Of a stretch of 64,000 nucleotides of DNA, positions 1-12,349 are shown piece after piece. The notes below the pieces were generated by a model. It was not told where the DNA came from, searched no databases, and saw only the letters and a program-made list of their open reading frames with translations. The stretch is from Octopus vulgaris (Eukaryota). The DNA is taken from contig OX597830.1 in assembly GCA_951406725.2 (NCBI GenBank), positions 6,014,001-6,078,000 on the forward strand. The letters run 5' to 3'. The position numbers and the translations under genes were made by a program. Position 1 is the first letter of the stretch; each line of letters begins with the position of its first letter.

Positions 1-151
1 GGGATCGAACTCAGTACTTCTTTTTTACTAGCATGGTACTTATTCTATCAGTCTCTTAAATTACGGAGACGTAAAAACACAAATACCAGTTGTTAGGCAG
101 TAAGGTGGTAGCAAACACCGATAGAAAAACACACACACGTCTTTATATATA

Positions 152-214
<63 letters not shown>

Positions 215-398
215 GGGTTTGTATTATTGTGTATAGAGGGATAAATATTATTCAAATGAATTCCAACTCGGTTTTTTGTTTTATTTATATTCTTTTTAAC
301 ATTAATATAGAATATAGAATATATAGTATAAATAACATGTAGTAAAATGAAATGAAGTATTGATTGTCTTTTAAGACAATCGTTACTTTATTTCATTT

Positions 399-447
<49 letters not shown>

Positions 448-665
448 TGTACTTGTTTCAGTCATTTGACTGAGGCCATGCTGGAGCACCGCCTTTAGAG
501 TGGTGAAAGAGTACAGCAGGGATCACCACCTCCTGCCGGAGCCTCGTGGAGCTTTTAGGTGTTTTTTTCGCTCAATAAACACACACAACGCCCGGTCTGG
601 GAATCGAAACCGCGATCCTCCGACCGCAAGTCCGCTGCCCTAACCACTAGGCCATTGCGCCTCCA
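448..665 (-). mobile_element. tRNA-derived SINE, group A head joined to a group C-type 3' tail
   Basis: Minus strand reads GGAGGCGCAATGGCCTAGTGGTTAGGGCAGCGGAC...GGTTTCGATTCCCAGACCGGGCG (A and B boxes), matching 2275-2440. It then runs directly into AAAGGCGGTGCTCCAGCATGGCC..CAGTCAAATGACTGAAACAAGTA, the tail shared with the group C copies. Confidence 0.85.
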
Positions 666-794
666 ATATATATATAATATATATATTATTTATACTATGT
701 GTTCTATATTCTACATTAATATTATAAAGGATATAAATAAAACAAAAAACAGAGTTGGAATTTCTTTGAATAATATATATATATATATATATAC

Positions 795-945
795 ACGACG
801 GGCTTCTTTCAGTTTCCCTCTGCCAAATCCACTCACAAGCCTGTGGTTCGCTCGGGGCTTCAGTAGAACACATTAGCCCACGACAACACGCAATAAGACT
901 GAAGCCGAACCATGTCATTGGCAAGCAAAGTTGGCCTCGCCTGCA
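795..945 (-). mobile_element. SINE group C, 5' half, diverged
   Basis: ACGACGGGCTTCTTTCAGTTTCC...AAATCCACTCACAAG matches 59243-59290. Confidence 0.75.
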
Positions 946-1685
946 CCTCTACCTACATACACATTGTATATGTAGACACAAACTTAGACACAGTGACACG
1001 CCATATCATTATCTATCAAGCTATCCTCTAAAATACATTCACGCCTCTATCATTTTCTCACCACTAAGTATAATTGCAATTTGACACGCTGCTGTGTTCA
1101 GGTTTGTATTTCTCCAATGAAGTCTGAAGCTTTAATAGACTATTTCAGTTTTATTATGAAACAATTGCTCATCTAAGCAGGCCGCTTATAACCGACCGAC
1201 TAATCAGTAATAAGCGATCGATCGATGGCATCGTGCCAGCTTTCAAACGATAATGAAGCAATCGCCAAACTGATAAACTATTACCAACAACGCTCAATAT
1301 ACATTATATATACGCTATATATATTCTATCTACACTATATAGGTTTGCATTGCACGTAACTAATATTGGCAGCTCCAAAAAGGTAGTATATTATTCATAA
1401 ATTTAGGATGGAGTAAATGTTTAAGGATTTGCTACGCTGGAATAAGGTGACATCTGTTTCGACCTCAAAGGTCAGGTCATCCTATTCAATTGTGATTGCC
1501 AAATTTCGTGAATGATTGTTTTAATCTATTCCATTAGAATCCATTATTTTCTACATCAGTATATCCGGTTCGTACGTATGGGAGTCCGTGTGTAGTTAAT
1601 ATTTATATGTGTGCATATATATATATACACACACACACACACACGGACACATATATACAGATATGTATATATATTTATACAGATA

Positions 1686-1731
<46 letters not shown>

Positions 1732-2274
1732 CCATGTTTGTGTGTGCGTGTTTGTGTCTGTGTCTGTGTTTTGAAGATGATCGTATGTAGGTGTCTTTGC
1801 AGATTATATTTAAGTGGTTCATATTTCTGTATTTGTCGTGGTGCTAATAGAAACGAACGCAGAAAATGCCGTAATATAACCACTACTGTTAATGGCAACG
1901 TCCATTCTCAAAGATTCGAACACAGTATACGAGACGAGGTAAGATGCTTCGGTAAATATACATAGCTGTTAGTATTCCGGTGGCTACGTCTTTCTTGGCG
2001 TTCAACGTTGTATCAAGTTGAACCAGTTCCCTCTCAATTCGCGTGTTACTGAACTGTGTGACTAAGAAGTCCGCTTGGAAATCTTGTGGTTTTCTGTTCA
2101 GATCCATGCAAAGCACCCTCACCAAGAGTCCTCTAATACAAATCCTGGCAGACAAGTTCGTTGCACGTAAATTTTGTAGGTGGAAACTATGCGGAAGCCC
2201 GTCAAATATATATATAAATGATTGATATGTATATAGATGTTGTTTGTGTGTCTACATACATATATAAGCATACA

Positions 2275-2660
2275 GTGGAGGCGCAATGGCCCAGTGGTTA
2301 GGGCAGCGGACTCGCGGTCATAGGATCGCAGTTTCGATTCCTAGACCGGGCGTTGTGAGTGTTTATTGAGCGAAAACACCTAAAAAGCTCAACGAGGCTC
2401 CGGCAGGGGATGGTGGTGATCCCTGCTGTACTCTTCACCACAACTTTCTCTCGCTCTTACTTCCTGTTTCTGTTGTACCTGTATTTCAAGGGGCCGGCCT
2501 TGTCACTCTCTGTGTCATGCTGAATATCCCCGAGAACTACGTTAAGGATGCACGTGTCTGTGGGGTGCTCAGCCACTTACACGTTAATTTCACGAGCGGG
2601 CTGTTCCGTTGATTCGGATCAACCGGAACCTTCATCGTCGAAACCGACGGAGTGCTTCCA
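2275..2660 (+). mobile_element. tRNA-derived SINE, group A, apparently full length
   Basis: Pol III A box TGGCCCAGTGG (2287-2297) and B box GTTTCGATTCC (2331-2341) in a tRNA-like head. Homologous heads occur at 448-665, 8680-8983 and 40051-40337. Confidence 0.9.
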
Positions 2661-2799
2661 TCCATACAAGCATACATATAAATACTAATAAAATATATAT
2701 ACAAACATATATCTATCTACTTATCTATCTTTGTCTATATATATATATATATGCTGCTGAGACTCCCTTCGGTTATGACTGACTGAGCTATGCGCCTTC

Positions 2800-2861
<62 letters not shown>

Positions 2862-3355
2862 GGTGTTTATGTAGTTCCTTCGTGTGGCCTTTCCTTCATT
2901 CTCACTTTCCCTCCTCTTTTACCTCACTCTGTCCCTTTCCTTTCATTTTCTCTCTTTCTTATTCCTACCGTTAGGCTTCACTCCATACACGCCAGCTTAA
3001 TTTAATTCGTCCTTAGTCGAAAGACACCTGTTGTTTTTGTATTTGTAATTGTGTAACATTTCTCCGTTTTTTTTTTTTCCATTCTTGTTTTCGTATACAT
3101 TCGCTTGCTTTCTTGCAAGGAGTCTAGTGGACTTATTTTAGATTTTCTTGGGGCAAGCCAGATTGGAACAGTCTCGAGTGTAACCGGCCGAAACTGCAAA
3201 GACGATCTGGAATTCGACTGAAGATAGGTAGCTCCGAATGGCCTATCCTTGTTTTTTTCCTGTCCTTTTTTTACATCGTCTAACTGTCCAGATGTTTTGT
3301 TGTCACCTGTTACGTTCATGTTCCAGTTTTTGTATTCTTTTTCATATATATATTC

Positions 3356-3429
<74 letters not shown>

Positions 3430-3464
3430 CTGTGTCTGTGTGTGTTTATCTAATATATACATAT

Positions 3465-3800
3465 ATACTTTTATTCTTTTACTTGTTTCAGTCATTTGAC
3501 TGTAACCATGCTGGAGCACCGCCTTTAGTCGAAAAAATCGACACCGGGACTTATTCTTTGTAAGCCTAGTTCTTATTCAATCGGTCTCTTTTGCCACACC
3601 GCTTACTTACAGTGACGTAAACACACCAGCATCGGTTGTCAAGCGATGTTGGGACGACAAACATACATACATAAACATATAGACTCATACATAAATATAT
3701 ACATATATACGGCGGGCTTCTTTCAGTTTCCGTCTCCCAAATCCACTCACAAGGCATTGGTCGGCTCGCGGCTATAGTAAAAGACACTTGCTTCACGTAA
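3465..3800 (-). mobile_element. SINE group C, 5'-truncated
   Basis: Collinear with 59011-59330 (ACTTGTTTCAGTCATTTGACTG...AAATCCACTCACAAGG...GACACTTGC). Confidence 0.85.
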
Positions 3801-3886
3801 CCACGTGATCTATAGTCACACCTGTGTGAGTATATATTTTTATATCCTTACACATACATATATTTATGTAAATATATGCATATATA

Positions 3887-3937
<51 letters not shown>

Positions 3938-4029
3938 ATAATAATGCAATACAAATAAAACATCTCGCCCGATTCACAAAAAAATATTTTCCACTAAATA
4001 TTGGTGCCTTGTTGTACCATTTATCTACT

Positions 4030-4090
<61 letters not shown>

Positions 4091-4821
4091 GATATACGTA
4101 TATACATATATTGTCTGGTTACTTATTAGGCTATTGGTCTCCCGCTCACAGTTTTGTGAATTATAATTCACAGCGCGAGGCATCTCACCGATTCACAAAA
4201 AATTCCGCACTTTCAACATTCTGGATAGGCACCTGATTTATCGACCCCGGTAAGATGAATGAGGAAGTTGTTCGGATGGGTCTTGAACTCAGAACGGCTA
4301 GATTCGGAACAAATAATTCCAGATAATCTATCCAACCACCTAAAGGGCCTGTTACTTCACGGCCTTGAAACAAAGTAGCAATCCTTAATTGTAAAGTAGT
4401 TCCTCTCCTGAGACCGGTGAAGCTTAATTACGTCTGTTTGCTTTTTATATCTCTTGACACCAGAGGCGATATGAAATATAAAATGTTAAACAACCCCGTT
4501 ATGAACACCGGCAGCTGTCTAATATTTTATTAATTCGTTTAGGCGAGACTGTGTTAATGTCGGAGAGAAAATCCAAATTTAATTTCCTGATTAATTAACG
4601 TTTTCTAAATTGGGATGCAGTTTAACTGTGTCATTAATTAAACGGATAGCAGATAAAATAAACCTGCCTCTAAAGAAAGAATGTGGATTATCGAAAATAA
4701 AACTTCGGTGTTAAAACATTATTCCCTTCACATCAATGTGTTGCGTGGTACATACCAAAATTTTAATGTATTCAAAGTCCAAATACTCGGTTTCTTACGA
4801 AATTGGGGAAGGTGCAGATTC

Positions 4822-4978
4822 ACGCGTGGCTGTGTGATAGGAAATTTATTTCCCAACCAAATACTTCCAGGTTCAGTCCCACTGCGTGGTGCGTTGGATG
4901 TGTTCTTCTATAGTCCCGAGCCGACCAAAACCTTGTGAGTTGATTTAGTATGCAGAAACTGAAAGAAGCCAGTTGTAT
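4822..4978 (+). mobile_element. SINE group C, 5' half
   Basis: GTGGCTGTGTGATAG...GGTTCAGTCCCACTGCGTGG...CCGACCAAAACCTTGTGAGT...AAACTGAAAGAAGCC matches the reverse complement of 59247-59400. Confidence 0.8.
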
Positions 4979-5218
4979 ATATTTAGTTTTTGGTATAACA
5001 AAATATGAACTCCTATCGGAATTTACATACCATGGACAAGAAGCCTCTTCACCCATTCTATACAACACATTCTTTGGATATTGGAAGGGCAACTTTAACA
5101 TTCAAAATATATATTTATTCTCATATTTCCCTTTATACTTCTTGTATCTCTCCCTTTCAAGAATAAATACTTATATGATGAACTCTACTATTTCCTTTTA
5201 ACGAAATACTCTCATATC

Positions 5219-5266
5219 GTCTCTGATGGTGGGATAATTTTTATATACCTGAAACAGCTGTAAGGC
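5219..5266 (+). ncRNA. minimal type I hammerhead ribozyme-like motif (degenerate), probable Penelope-like pLTR remnant
   Basis: GTCT-CTGATGG-(imperfect stem II)-GAAA-CAGCTG-TA-AGGC. Stem I is GUCU/AGGC, stem III is the palindrome ACAGCUGU, and the cleavage triplet is GUA. Core position A9 is mutated to G. Confidence 0.55.
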
Positions 5267-5448
5267 TAACTTTCATTTCATACATGTCCTAGAAATATCA
5301 TATTGTTATATCATTTTATTTAACATATATTTATATGTATGTATGTATGTAAATTTGAAGTCACAAAGGAATAAAAACATCTTCTGACGTAAATGTAATG
5401 TAGACATGATTGAGTGCTTTTGTATCAACCTGTAGCTACACTGGAGAT

Positions 5449-5482
<34 letters not shown>

Positions 5483-5840
5483 AGTGTGTGTGTGTTAGTA
5501 CCCTGTCTTCCAGTGTCGCTTGACAACTATTGTTGGTTTCTTTATACTTCCGATGACTATAGCAATAAAAGGATAAAAGATATTCGTGTCTTGTTGATGG
5601 TGTATATGGCGTCAGTTGTTGATTAAACATGATGTATATACAGCGTAAAGGAGATGCAATCTCGCGCAAATCGAATGTGATTTAAAACAAACTTAGAACC
5701 AACTTTTGAGGAAGCAGCGTGCTGCACGTGATATAATATCGCATCTAATGAGACATGAGGAAAGCTTCTAACAATACAGAAAGATTAAACAACCTTTATA
5801 TTTCGGGCGCAAACATCTATGAATGAAACAAATGCGCCGC

Positions 5841-6024
5841 TACGTAGACACCGCCATTTTGAATAGCCGGATGTGCAGCGACACTGTTTTAGTCTGGTGT
5901 TTGTTCTAGTAGCAGCATACTTATAAATGATGGGGTTGTTAGGGAGCTGCCACTCCTACGACACGCACCGGGCTAAAACGGAATCACAACTCATCCGGCT
6001 ATTCATAATGGCAGGATCTACGCA
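5841..6024. mobile_element. foldback / MITE-like element with ~80-bp imperfect inverted arms
   Basis: Left arm TACGTAGACACCGCCATTTTGAATAGCCGGATG vs reverse complement of the right arm TGCGTAGATCCTGCCATTATGAATAGCCGGATG. Similarity continues inward (GTTTTAGtCtGGTG / GTTTTAGcCcGGTG). Confidence 0.7.
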
Positions 6025-6659
6025 GACATATACATCTTTGACTGTATCATTGAGAAGATCAGCCTTTCCACCCGAAATATAAAGTGTATTTTTACCTTCA
6101 TATATTGTTAGAGGCTATCCTCTTTTCTCATTTCATTTATAATTCCACTCCTGTTCTGCAATGTTTCGAGTGAACTCCGAAGATCTCCTTACGTAATGTG
6201 TTAAAACATTCAACATAACATGCATTCAGCGTGACTACACCCCATGTGAAATAGCCAACGTATTATAGACTGAACTTGTTACAGCCACCATAATATACAC
6301 CCAAGGTGGCCCTACACAAACATAATACACATTCAATGTACTATAGACACAATGTGCTGTTACATCCTTATAAATTACATCCAAACTCTACATCAAACGT
6401 TATAAAAATCCAACGCGATGCTCAATCAAGGAGGTAGACACCGTTTCCATAAATTACGTTACAATTTGAAAAATTCAGGAAAAAATGATTTTACCGCAGT
6501 TGCACCATTTGCAACCAAAAGTTATTTTCCAAGAAGATGGCCCAGCGCCCCACAAAAAATCTTTGTCAAACCGGTGGGTTGGAAAAGGTGGTCCAGTCTA
6601 GGTATTTTATGAACACCGTGGATATTCTAATTCTCATTAGTTTAATAATTCTTCCTAAG

Positions 6660-6840
6660 TTTGGAGCAAGGCGAGCAATTTTTAGTTGGGAGGGGTAAGC
6701 CGATTACACCGACCCCAGTTCTCACCAGGTTCTTATTTTGTAAACCCCGAAAGGATGAAAGGCAAAGTCGACTGCGACAGTATTTGAACTCGTAGCGTAA
6801 AGAGCTGGGAAAATGCCGCTAAGCACTTTGGCCGGTTCTT
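6660..6840 (-). mobile_element. SINE group B
   Basis: CCCCGAAAGGATGAAAGGCAAAGTCGAC...TTTGAACTC is the reverse complement of the group B core. Confidence 0.8.
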
Positions 6841-7184
6841 CGCTTTTCATCAACTTAATAATGGATGTCGGTTACAATTACCGACCACGTGATTTCAATT
6901 GTTTCATCAAAGAAACTATGATGTTCATTGAAGTGGCTTGTATGTGGCTGAGTATTTCAAAGACACATAAATCCTGACTGAAATTCTCAGTGAGACAGCT
7001 TAACAAGTTTAGAAGTTTGTAACAATTCTAGTCACAATTCTAGCTAACAATCCTAGTCACCGTCCAAATAACGTCAGCCATTCTCCATATTAAATGGACA
7101 GAAGACTTCATATAATTGACTTATGCCTTCTCCACAACTGCTGGCTTTGTATCAAAATCTGAATTTATTATACAAGAAAGAATC

Positions 7185-7395
7185 AGGCGGTGAGCTGGCA
7201 GAATTGTTATAATGGCGGACAAAATGCTTAGCAACATTTCGTCCGTCTTTACGCTCGGAGTTCAAATTCCGCCGAGGTCAACTTGCCTTTCATCCTTTCG
7301 GGAACGATAAAAAAAGTACCAGTTGTGTGCTGGCGCCGTTGTAATCGACCTACCCCCACCCTGAAATTGTTGGCCTTGTGCCAAAATCTGAAATC
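7185..7395 (+). mobile_element. SINE group B
   Basis: GGCGGTGAGCTGGCAGAA...GAGTTCAAATTCCGCCGAGGTC..TTGCCTTTCATCCTTTCGGG..GATAAAA..AGTACCAG. Confidence 0.85.
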
Positions 7396-8064
7396 CTCAT
7401 ATATGAAGTGACAATCTTCAACAGAGAATCGAACGTTGGTGCCGCACTTTTAACACTTCGGTTAGCTTATTATCACGCAACATGAGATTACAAGCTCAGT
7501 AAAAAAGGGGGGAAAAAAAGGAAAGGAAAATTGTTCTTGCTTTATAATTTTAATTAAACATTTCTCAGTGTTAGTGTGTTTCATGATGTGTTACTTAATG
7601 AGATCCTAATCATTCTAATGGTTATTTTATATCGCTAATCTATCCAAACCTTGTGTCATAATGCCGAGAAAGATTCAATGCTATCATATATGTATATTTT
7701 CACCCACAATAAGAGGCTATTTGCGGTGTAATTTCAAGTGGAAATTTTCGTGTTTCCTCTTCTAATCACTAACGTTTTAATGAATAATGATTTACATTCT
7801 CAGGGGTAAAGTTTGTGTGGGAGCAATTAAGAGAGTTTCTAGCTTCGACGAGATAATCGGTGTGAATACACGATTTGCTCTGTTCAATACTACTTAAATA
7901 TAATTTATTTTATTTGCCGTTGGAATAGCAGAATCTCAAATTATGTATGTGAATGAGTGTGTGTATGTATGTGTGTGTGTGAATGTGTGTGTGTGTGTGT
8001 GTGTTTGACGCATGCATATAAAACACGTAAGCATATAATATATGTGCTTATGCGTATTCATGTA

Positions 8065-8121
<57 letters not shown>

Positions 8122-8679
8122 ATGTATGTATATATATTTTTTCTATCTATTTACCTACATACATATATATATATATATACAAAGAGAGAGAGAGAGAGAG
8201 GCAGACAGAGACAGAGATAGATAAACACACATACATGCATAAATACGTACATACATATATGTGTGTGTGTATGTGTGTGCGCGAGCGTGCGTCTCTGTGT
8301 GTCACTGTAATTATACATGGCTGTATGTAAGCGTGTGTGCCGTGTTGCAACTGATTGTTGACAAGACGTTAATACTACATACATAAATGAAATTTGATAA
8401 CAACCCCCAATCCCCCCAACCCCGCTGAAACCTGAAAATCATTTAATGAAAACATTAATTAAGAGCTTTTCAGAACAGAAAATGAAGACAAATATATTGG
8501 TTTTACGAGTTCACATTAAATTAGTGCGTTTATCATTGACAGTTGTTTCTGAAATTCCTTGGATTTTTCGGGATAAAAGGAAGAATACGTTTACGTATTT
8601 TGTACCCAAAAAGCTTTAAGCCACCCAAAACCTGATGGAATTTAACACACAACTAAAATGGTGCTGATATGTTGAATGT

Positions 8680-8983
8680 AGATTGTTTGTTCCTTCTCGA
8701 GCCATGCCTGGCTCATCAGGGCCGGTTTCCCGGTTTCCTTGGTGTATAGGTTCCCCACCTGGACGGGACGCCGGTCCGTCGCAGGTGAGCTGCAAGTTGC
8801 AGGAGGAAAGAGTGAGAGAAAGCTCTGACGAAAGAGTCAGCAGAAGTTTCGCCATTACCTTCTGCCGGAGCCGCGTGGAGCTTAAGTGTTTCGCTCATAA
8901 ACACACACGTCGCCCGGTCTGAGATTCGAACTCGCGATCTCTCGACCGCGAGTCCGCTTCTCTAACCACTAGGCCATGTGCCT
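8680..8983 (-). mobile_element. tRNA-derived SINE, group A-like head with a V-domain-like 3' half
   Basis: Minus strand TGGCCTAGTGGTTAGAGAAGCGGACTCGCGG...GAGTTCGAATCTC, then CCTGCGACGGACCGGCGTCCCGTCCAGG...GAAACCGGG...CTGATGAGCC. The second half resembles the V-SINE domain as I recall it (not aligned). Confidence 0.75.
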
Positions 8984-9361
8984 AGTAGATGCAATGAATC
9001 AGTGTTAAATGTCTTGTGTTTGCTTTACAACCGAAGCGCTACGCAATGAAACTTACAGATATAACAAACACTTAATGAATAACTTGCATTCAGGAAAACA
9101 ATGAAACCAAGACATAAAACAAAATACACGAAATTCGCTGTAAACAATATATAAGATACGATACCTATCGTGTTGTGTATATAAAGCGTATTGTGTGAAT
9201 CAAGTGTATATAAACTATTGAATAAATAGATGATTAGGTGGAAAGAGAGACGAGGACAAAAGTACATTGCAAAAAAATATAAGATAACGCTATCAGTAAA
9301 CAATACATGAACTGAAATTTAAAATGTGTTCAACCACAATAAGCGAATATAAGGGGGGAGA

Positions 9362-9557
9362 GTAGGCGGGAACAGCATTATGGGCAAAATGCTCAGCGGT
9401 TTTTCGTTTGTCTTTAAGTTCTGAATTCAAATCCCACCGAGGTCGGCTTTACCTTTCATTACTTTGTGGGTCGATAAAATAAGTACTAGTTGAACATTGA
9501 AGTCTATGGAATCGATTTGCCCCACCTCCCACCAAAGTTTCAGGCTTTGTGCCAAAA
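9362..9557 (+). mobile_element. SINE group B, diverged
   Basis: GAGGTCGGCTTTACCTTTCAT..TTTGTGGGTCGATAAAATAAGTAC core. Confidence 0.7.
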
Positions 9558-9677
9558 TCGATAACAACAAGCTACTTATGACAAATGTGATTGATAGATT
9601 TAACTTGAAAGCTATAAAGCTATAAACGACTACAATGAAGAAAAACATAGATATATACACACATGCACTTATATTCA

Positions 9678-9712
<35 letters not shown>

Positions 9713-10529
9713 GTGCATATGCATGCCTATACATTTAGACACGCTTATATATCAACATGTAAATGAAAGTGAATGACATTCTTATACATGTGTAAACAAA
9801 TACAATCATTTACGCAAGCAAAACGTCTGAGTTTTTTTTAGTCGTGATGTTTTCTACACGCCACAGAAGCTATGAAACCGCGATGAGATTTTACGTATGT
9901 TTCTTGCAGAAACGGATGCATTGAAGAATTAAATGAGACGGCTTCAGCAGATAGGGTTTCCTCTTTCTCTAATACTCATAACTGATTCAATCTCTTATAG
10001 AGGGTTTAAAGTTTGGGCCTTTATACGATTTTTCATGAAATATTAAAGTGTGTATTAGCTGCCAGTTGTATGCTTTTTGTAAAATGTTCGATTTTGTAAT
10101 ATTATGTCGAAATAAATAGATAAGTTGGTAGCATCGTACTCTCAAACTGCTCGCTGATAATCCTATTGATGATAAAGAACAAGAATTAGGGATTACAATT
10201 ATCTGCAGCCCAGCATGCTTGTTATGAATTCTCCTTTCAGAAGTCAAAGATTGCTAATAGTTTAGGACATAGAAGGGATCCGTATGTTATACGCGTGTCA
10301 ATTAATTTGGTTGCGTTAGAAAACGCTATTGTCTGTGTTAAATTACAAAGGTGGGGAAACAAATTGTTAACTGCATTTCTTTGGCTCATTTCGAATCATC
10401 TGTAAAGTTTAGAAATTTGGTTGCGAGAAGCGCTATGAATATGATCCGGCACTGAGAAAATTCTATAAGACTGAACTTTACCTTTAGCTCGGTTGCCTGC
10501 TCTGGTGCATTCACCTGAAACTAGGGTAA

Positions 10530-10750
10530 CTATCTATCTATCCGCTCAGTCGAAGTCGACTCTCGGTTACTCGTTGGATCAGTATCCTCCATTCAGTTCT
10601 ATCCGGGGCAGCTTCTTTCAGATTAGCTATGTCCATTCCGGTATCACTCATGATGGTGTCCAGCCAGCGGGTTCCTGGTCGGCCTCTTCCTCTCTTGCCA
10701 CTGACCATTCCGAGCATGATGTCCTTCTCCGGGGATTTTCTCCGCATAAT
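10530..10750 (-). pseudogene. RTE-clade (BovB-like) LINE, extreme 3' end
   Basis: MRRKSPEKDIMLGMVSGKRGRGRPGTRWLD...AAPDRTEWR..IQRVTESRLRL matches the RTE ORF C-terminal pattern (EK.IMLG...GKR.RGRP..RWLD...DR..WR). It is followed by a short (GATA)n tail. Confidence 0.85.
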
Positions 10751-11179
10751 ATGTTTTCTTTATTTGGGTAACTAGATAAAAAAAAATTACTCGTATCTTT
10801 CGATTACACAGCCTTACACACATCAATACTAAAGAATGACCATAAATTAATACGGAACAATTACACACATATATTCACCATCAACGACGCATATAAAAAT
10901 CAGACTCAGAGACAAATATTGATATTCCGAGACGTGATAGTGCTGGGTAAGATGAGTGCCAATCGATGGACAAGACGGAAAGCGGGGAGAGTTGAAGGCC
11001 AATGACGGTAAGGAATTACAGCTCTTATTTGCACACTTTTTTAACATCGTCCATCTTTGTCTGTCTGTCTGTCTCTGTCTCTCTGTATATTCACACACAG
11101 ACATACGACATACACACACAATGAAACACAAACACACGCCCATACGTATGTACATCTACACATATCCATCTAAGTATAA

Positions 11180-11218
<39 letters not shown>

Positions 11219-11723
11219 ATTATGCATACCTACACACACACCCATATATATATATATATACATATAAGCTTGAATGTATGTATATTCGGTTATGTATCGC
11301 CGCCAGTATTTTTTGAATGGATACAATGAAAAACTAACCTCAAACCAGAAATAAAGTAAAAAAAAAACAAAAAGATTCTCCTCCGATAATTCAAGATCCA
11401 TCTCCTTACCTCCTCCTCCCTTCATACAAATCACGAGATTTCTCAAAGACGTAAGAGAGACAATTTCCAAAACACTCTGATTCGATGTTTTGTTCTTTCT
11501 CAGAATTGTTTCTTTTTCTTTTCACAAATAAATAATTCATCAATATCGATTGCCAATTCTATTATTGTAATAGAAAGTTATGATGATGATGCTGATGATA
11601 ATGGTGATGTTGATGATGATGGCGATGTTGTTGTTGATAATGATGATGAGGATGATGAGGAGGAGGAGGAGGAGGAGGACGATGTCGATAGTGATAACGA
11701 TGATGTGTTCCCTAATGATAATG

Positions 11724-11789
<66 letters not shown>

Positions 11790-11790
<1 letters not shown>

Positions 11791-11928
11791 TAAAAAAAAC
11801 ACCAAAAAAACCCAAATATATGGCACACTAGGCATAACAACAACGTGAACTTCCAACCTGTTGTCTCTTGAGGTCTCTGGGTGAGACTTGGAGCCAACTT
11901 GTACAGACATAAACAAAAGTCAAACATA

Positions 11929-11930
<2 letters not shown>
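11790..11930 (+). mobile_element. 3' UTR-only copy of the R4/Dong-like family at 16831-18203
   Basis: AACTTCCAACCTGTTGTCTCTTGAGGTCTCTGGGTGAGACTTGGAGCCAACTTGTACAGACATAAA..AAAAGTCAAACATAGA is near-identical to 18120-18203. (TAA)n flanks both sides. Confidence 0.9.
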
Positions 11931-11964
<34 letters not shown>

Positions 11965-12004
11965 TAATAATAATAATAATAATAATTATGATAGTGATCT
12001 TTCT

Positions 12005-12208
12005 ACGCTAGGCACAAGGCCCGAAATGTTTGAGGAGGCCAGTCGATTAGATCGTCCCCAGTACGCAACTGGTACTTAATTAATCTACCTCTGAAAGGAT
12101 GAAAGGCAAAGTCGACATCGGCGGAATATGAACTCAGAACATGGCGAAGGGCAAAATACCACTAAGCATTTCACCCAGCGTGCTAACGATTCTGTCCCCT
12201 CACTGCCA
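12005..12208 (-). mobile_element. SINE group B
   Basis: GAAAGGATGAAAGGCAAAGTCGACATCGGCGGAATATGAACTCAGAAC...GTGCTAACGATTCTG. Confidence 0.8.
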
Positions 12209-12348
12209 CAAGAAGAAGAAGAAGGAGGAGAAGAAGAAGAAGAAGAAGAAGAAGAAGGAGAAGAAGGAGAAGAAGGAGGAGGAGACGGAGGAGAAGAAGA
12301 ATGAGGAGGAGGAGGAGGAGAAGAAGGAAAAGGAAAAGAAGAAGAAGA
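12209..12348. repeat. (GAA/GAG)n purine microsatellite
   Basis: Direct reading of the sequence. Confidence 0.95.
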
Positions 12349-12349
12349 G

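Noticed and set aside
1803-1945. Possible plus-strand exon ending at GAG/GTAAGA
   Set aside because: No recognisable protein similarity; such donor motifs are expected by chance.
2275-2350. tRNA gene
   Set aside because: The A and B boxes belong to a multi-copy SINE head that continues into a SINE body. There is no proper acceptor stem or terminator.
8692-8745. Hammerhead (CTGATGA-GCCA..TGGC) in the SINE tail, minus strand
   Set aside because: No GAAA follows stem II and there is no UH cleavage site in any permutation. It is explained by the SINE's terminal hairpin.
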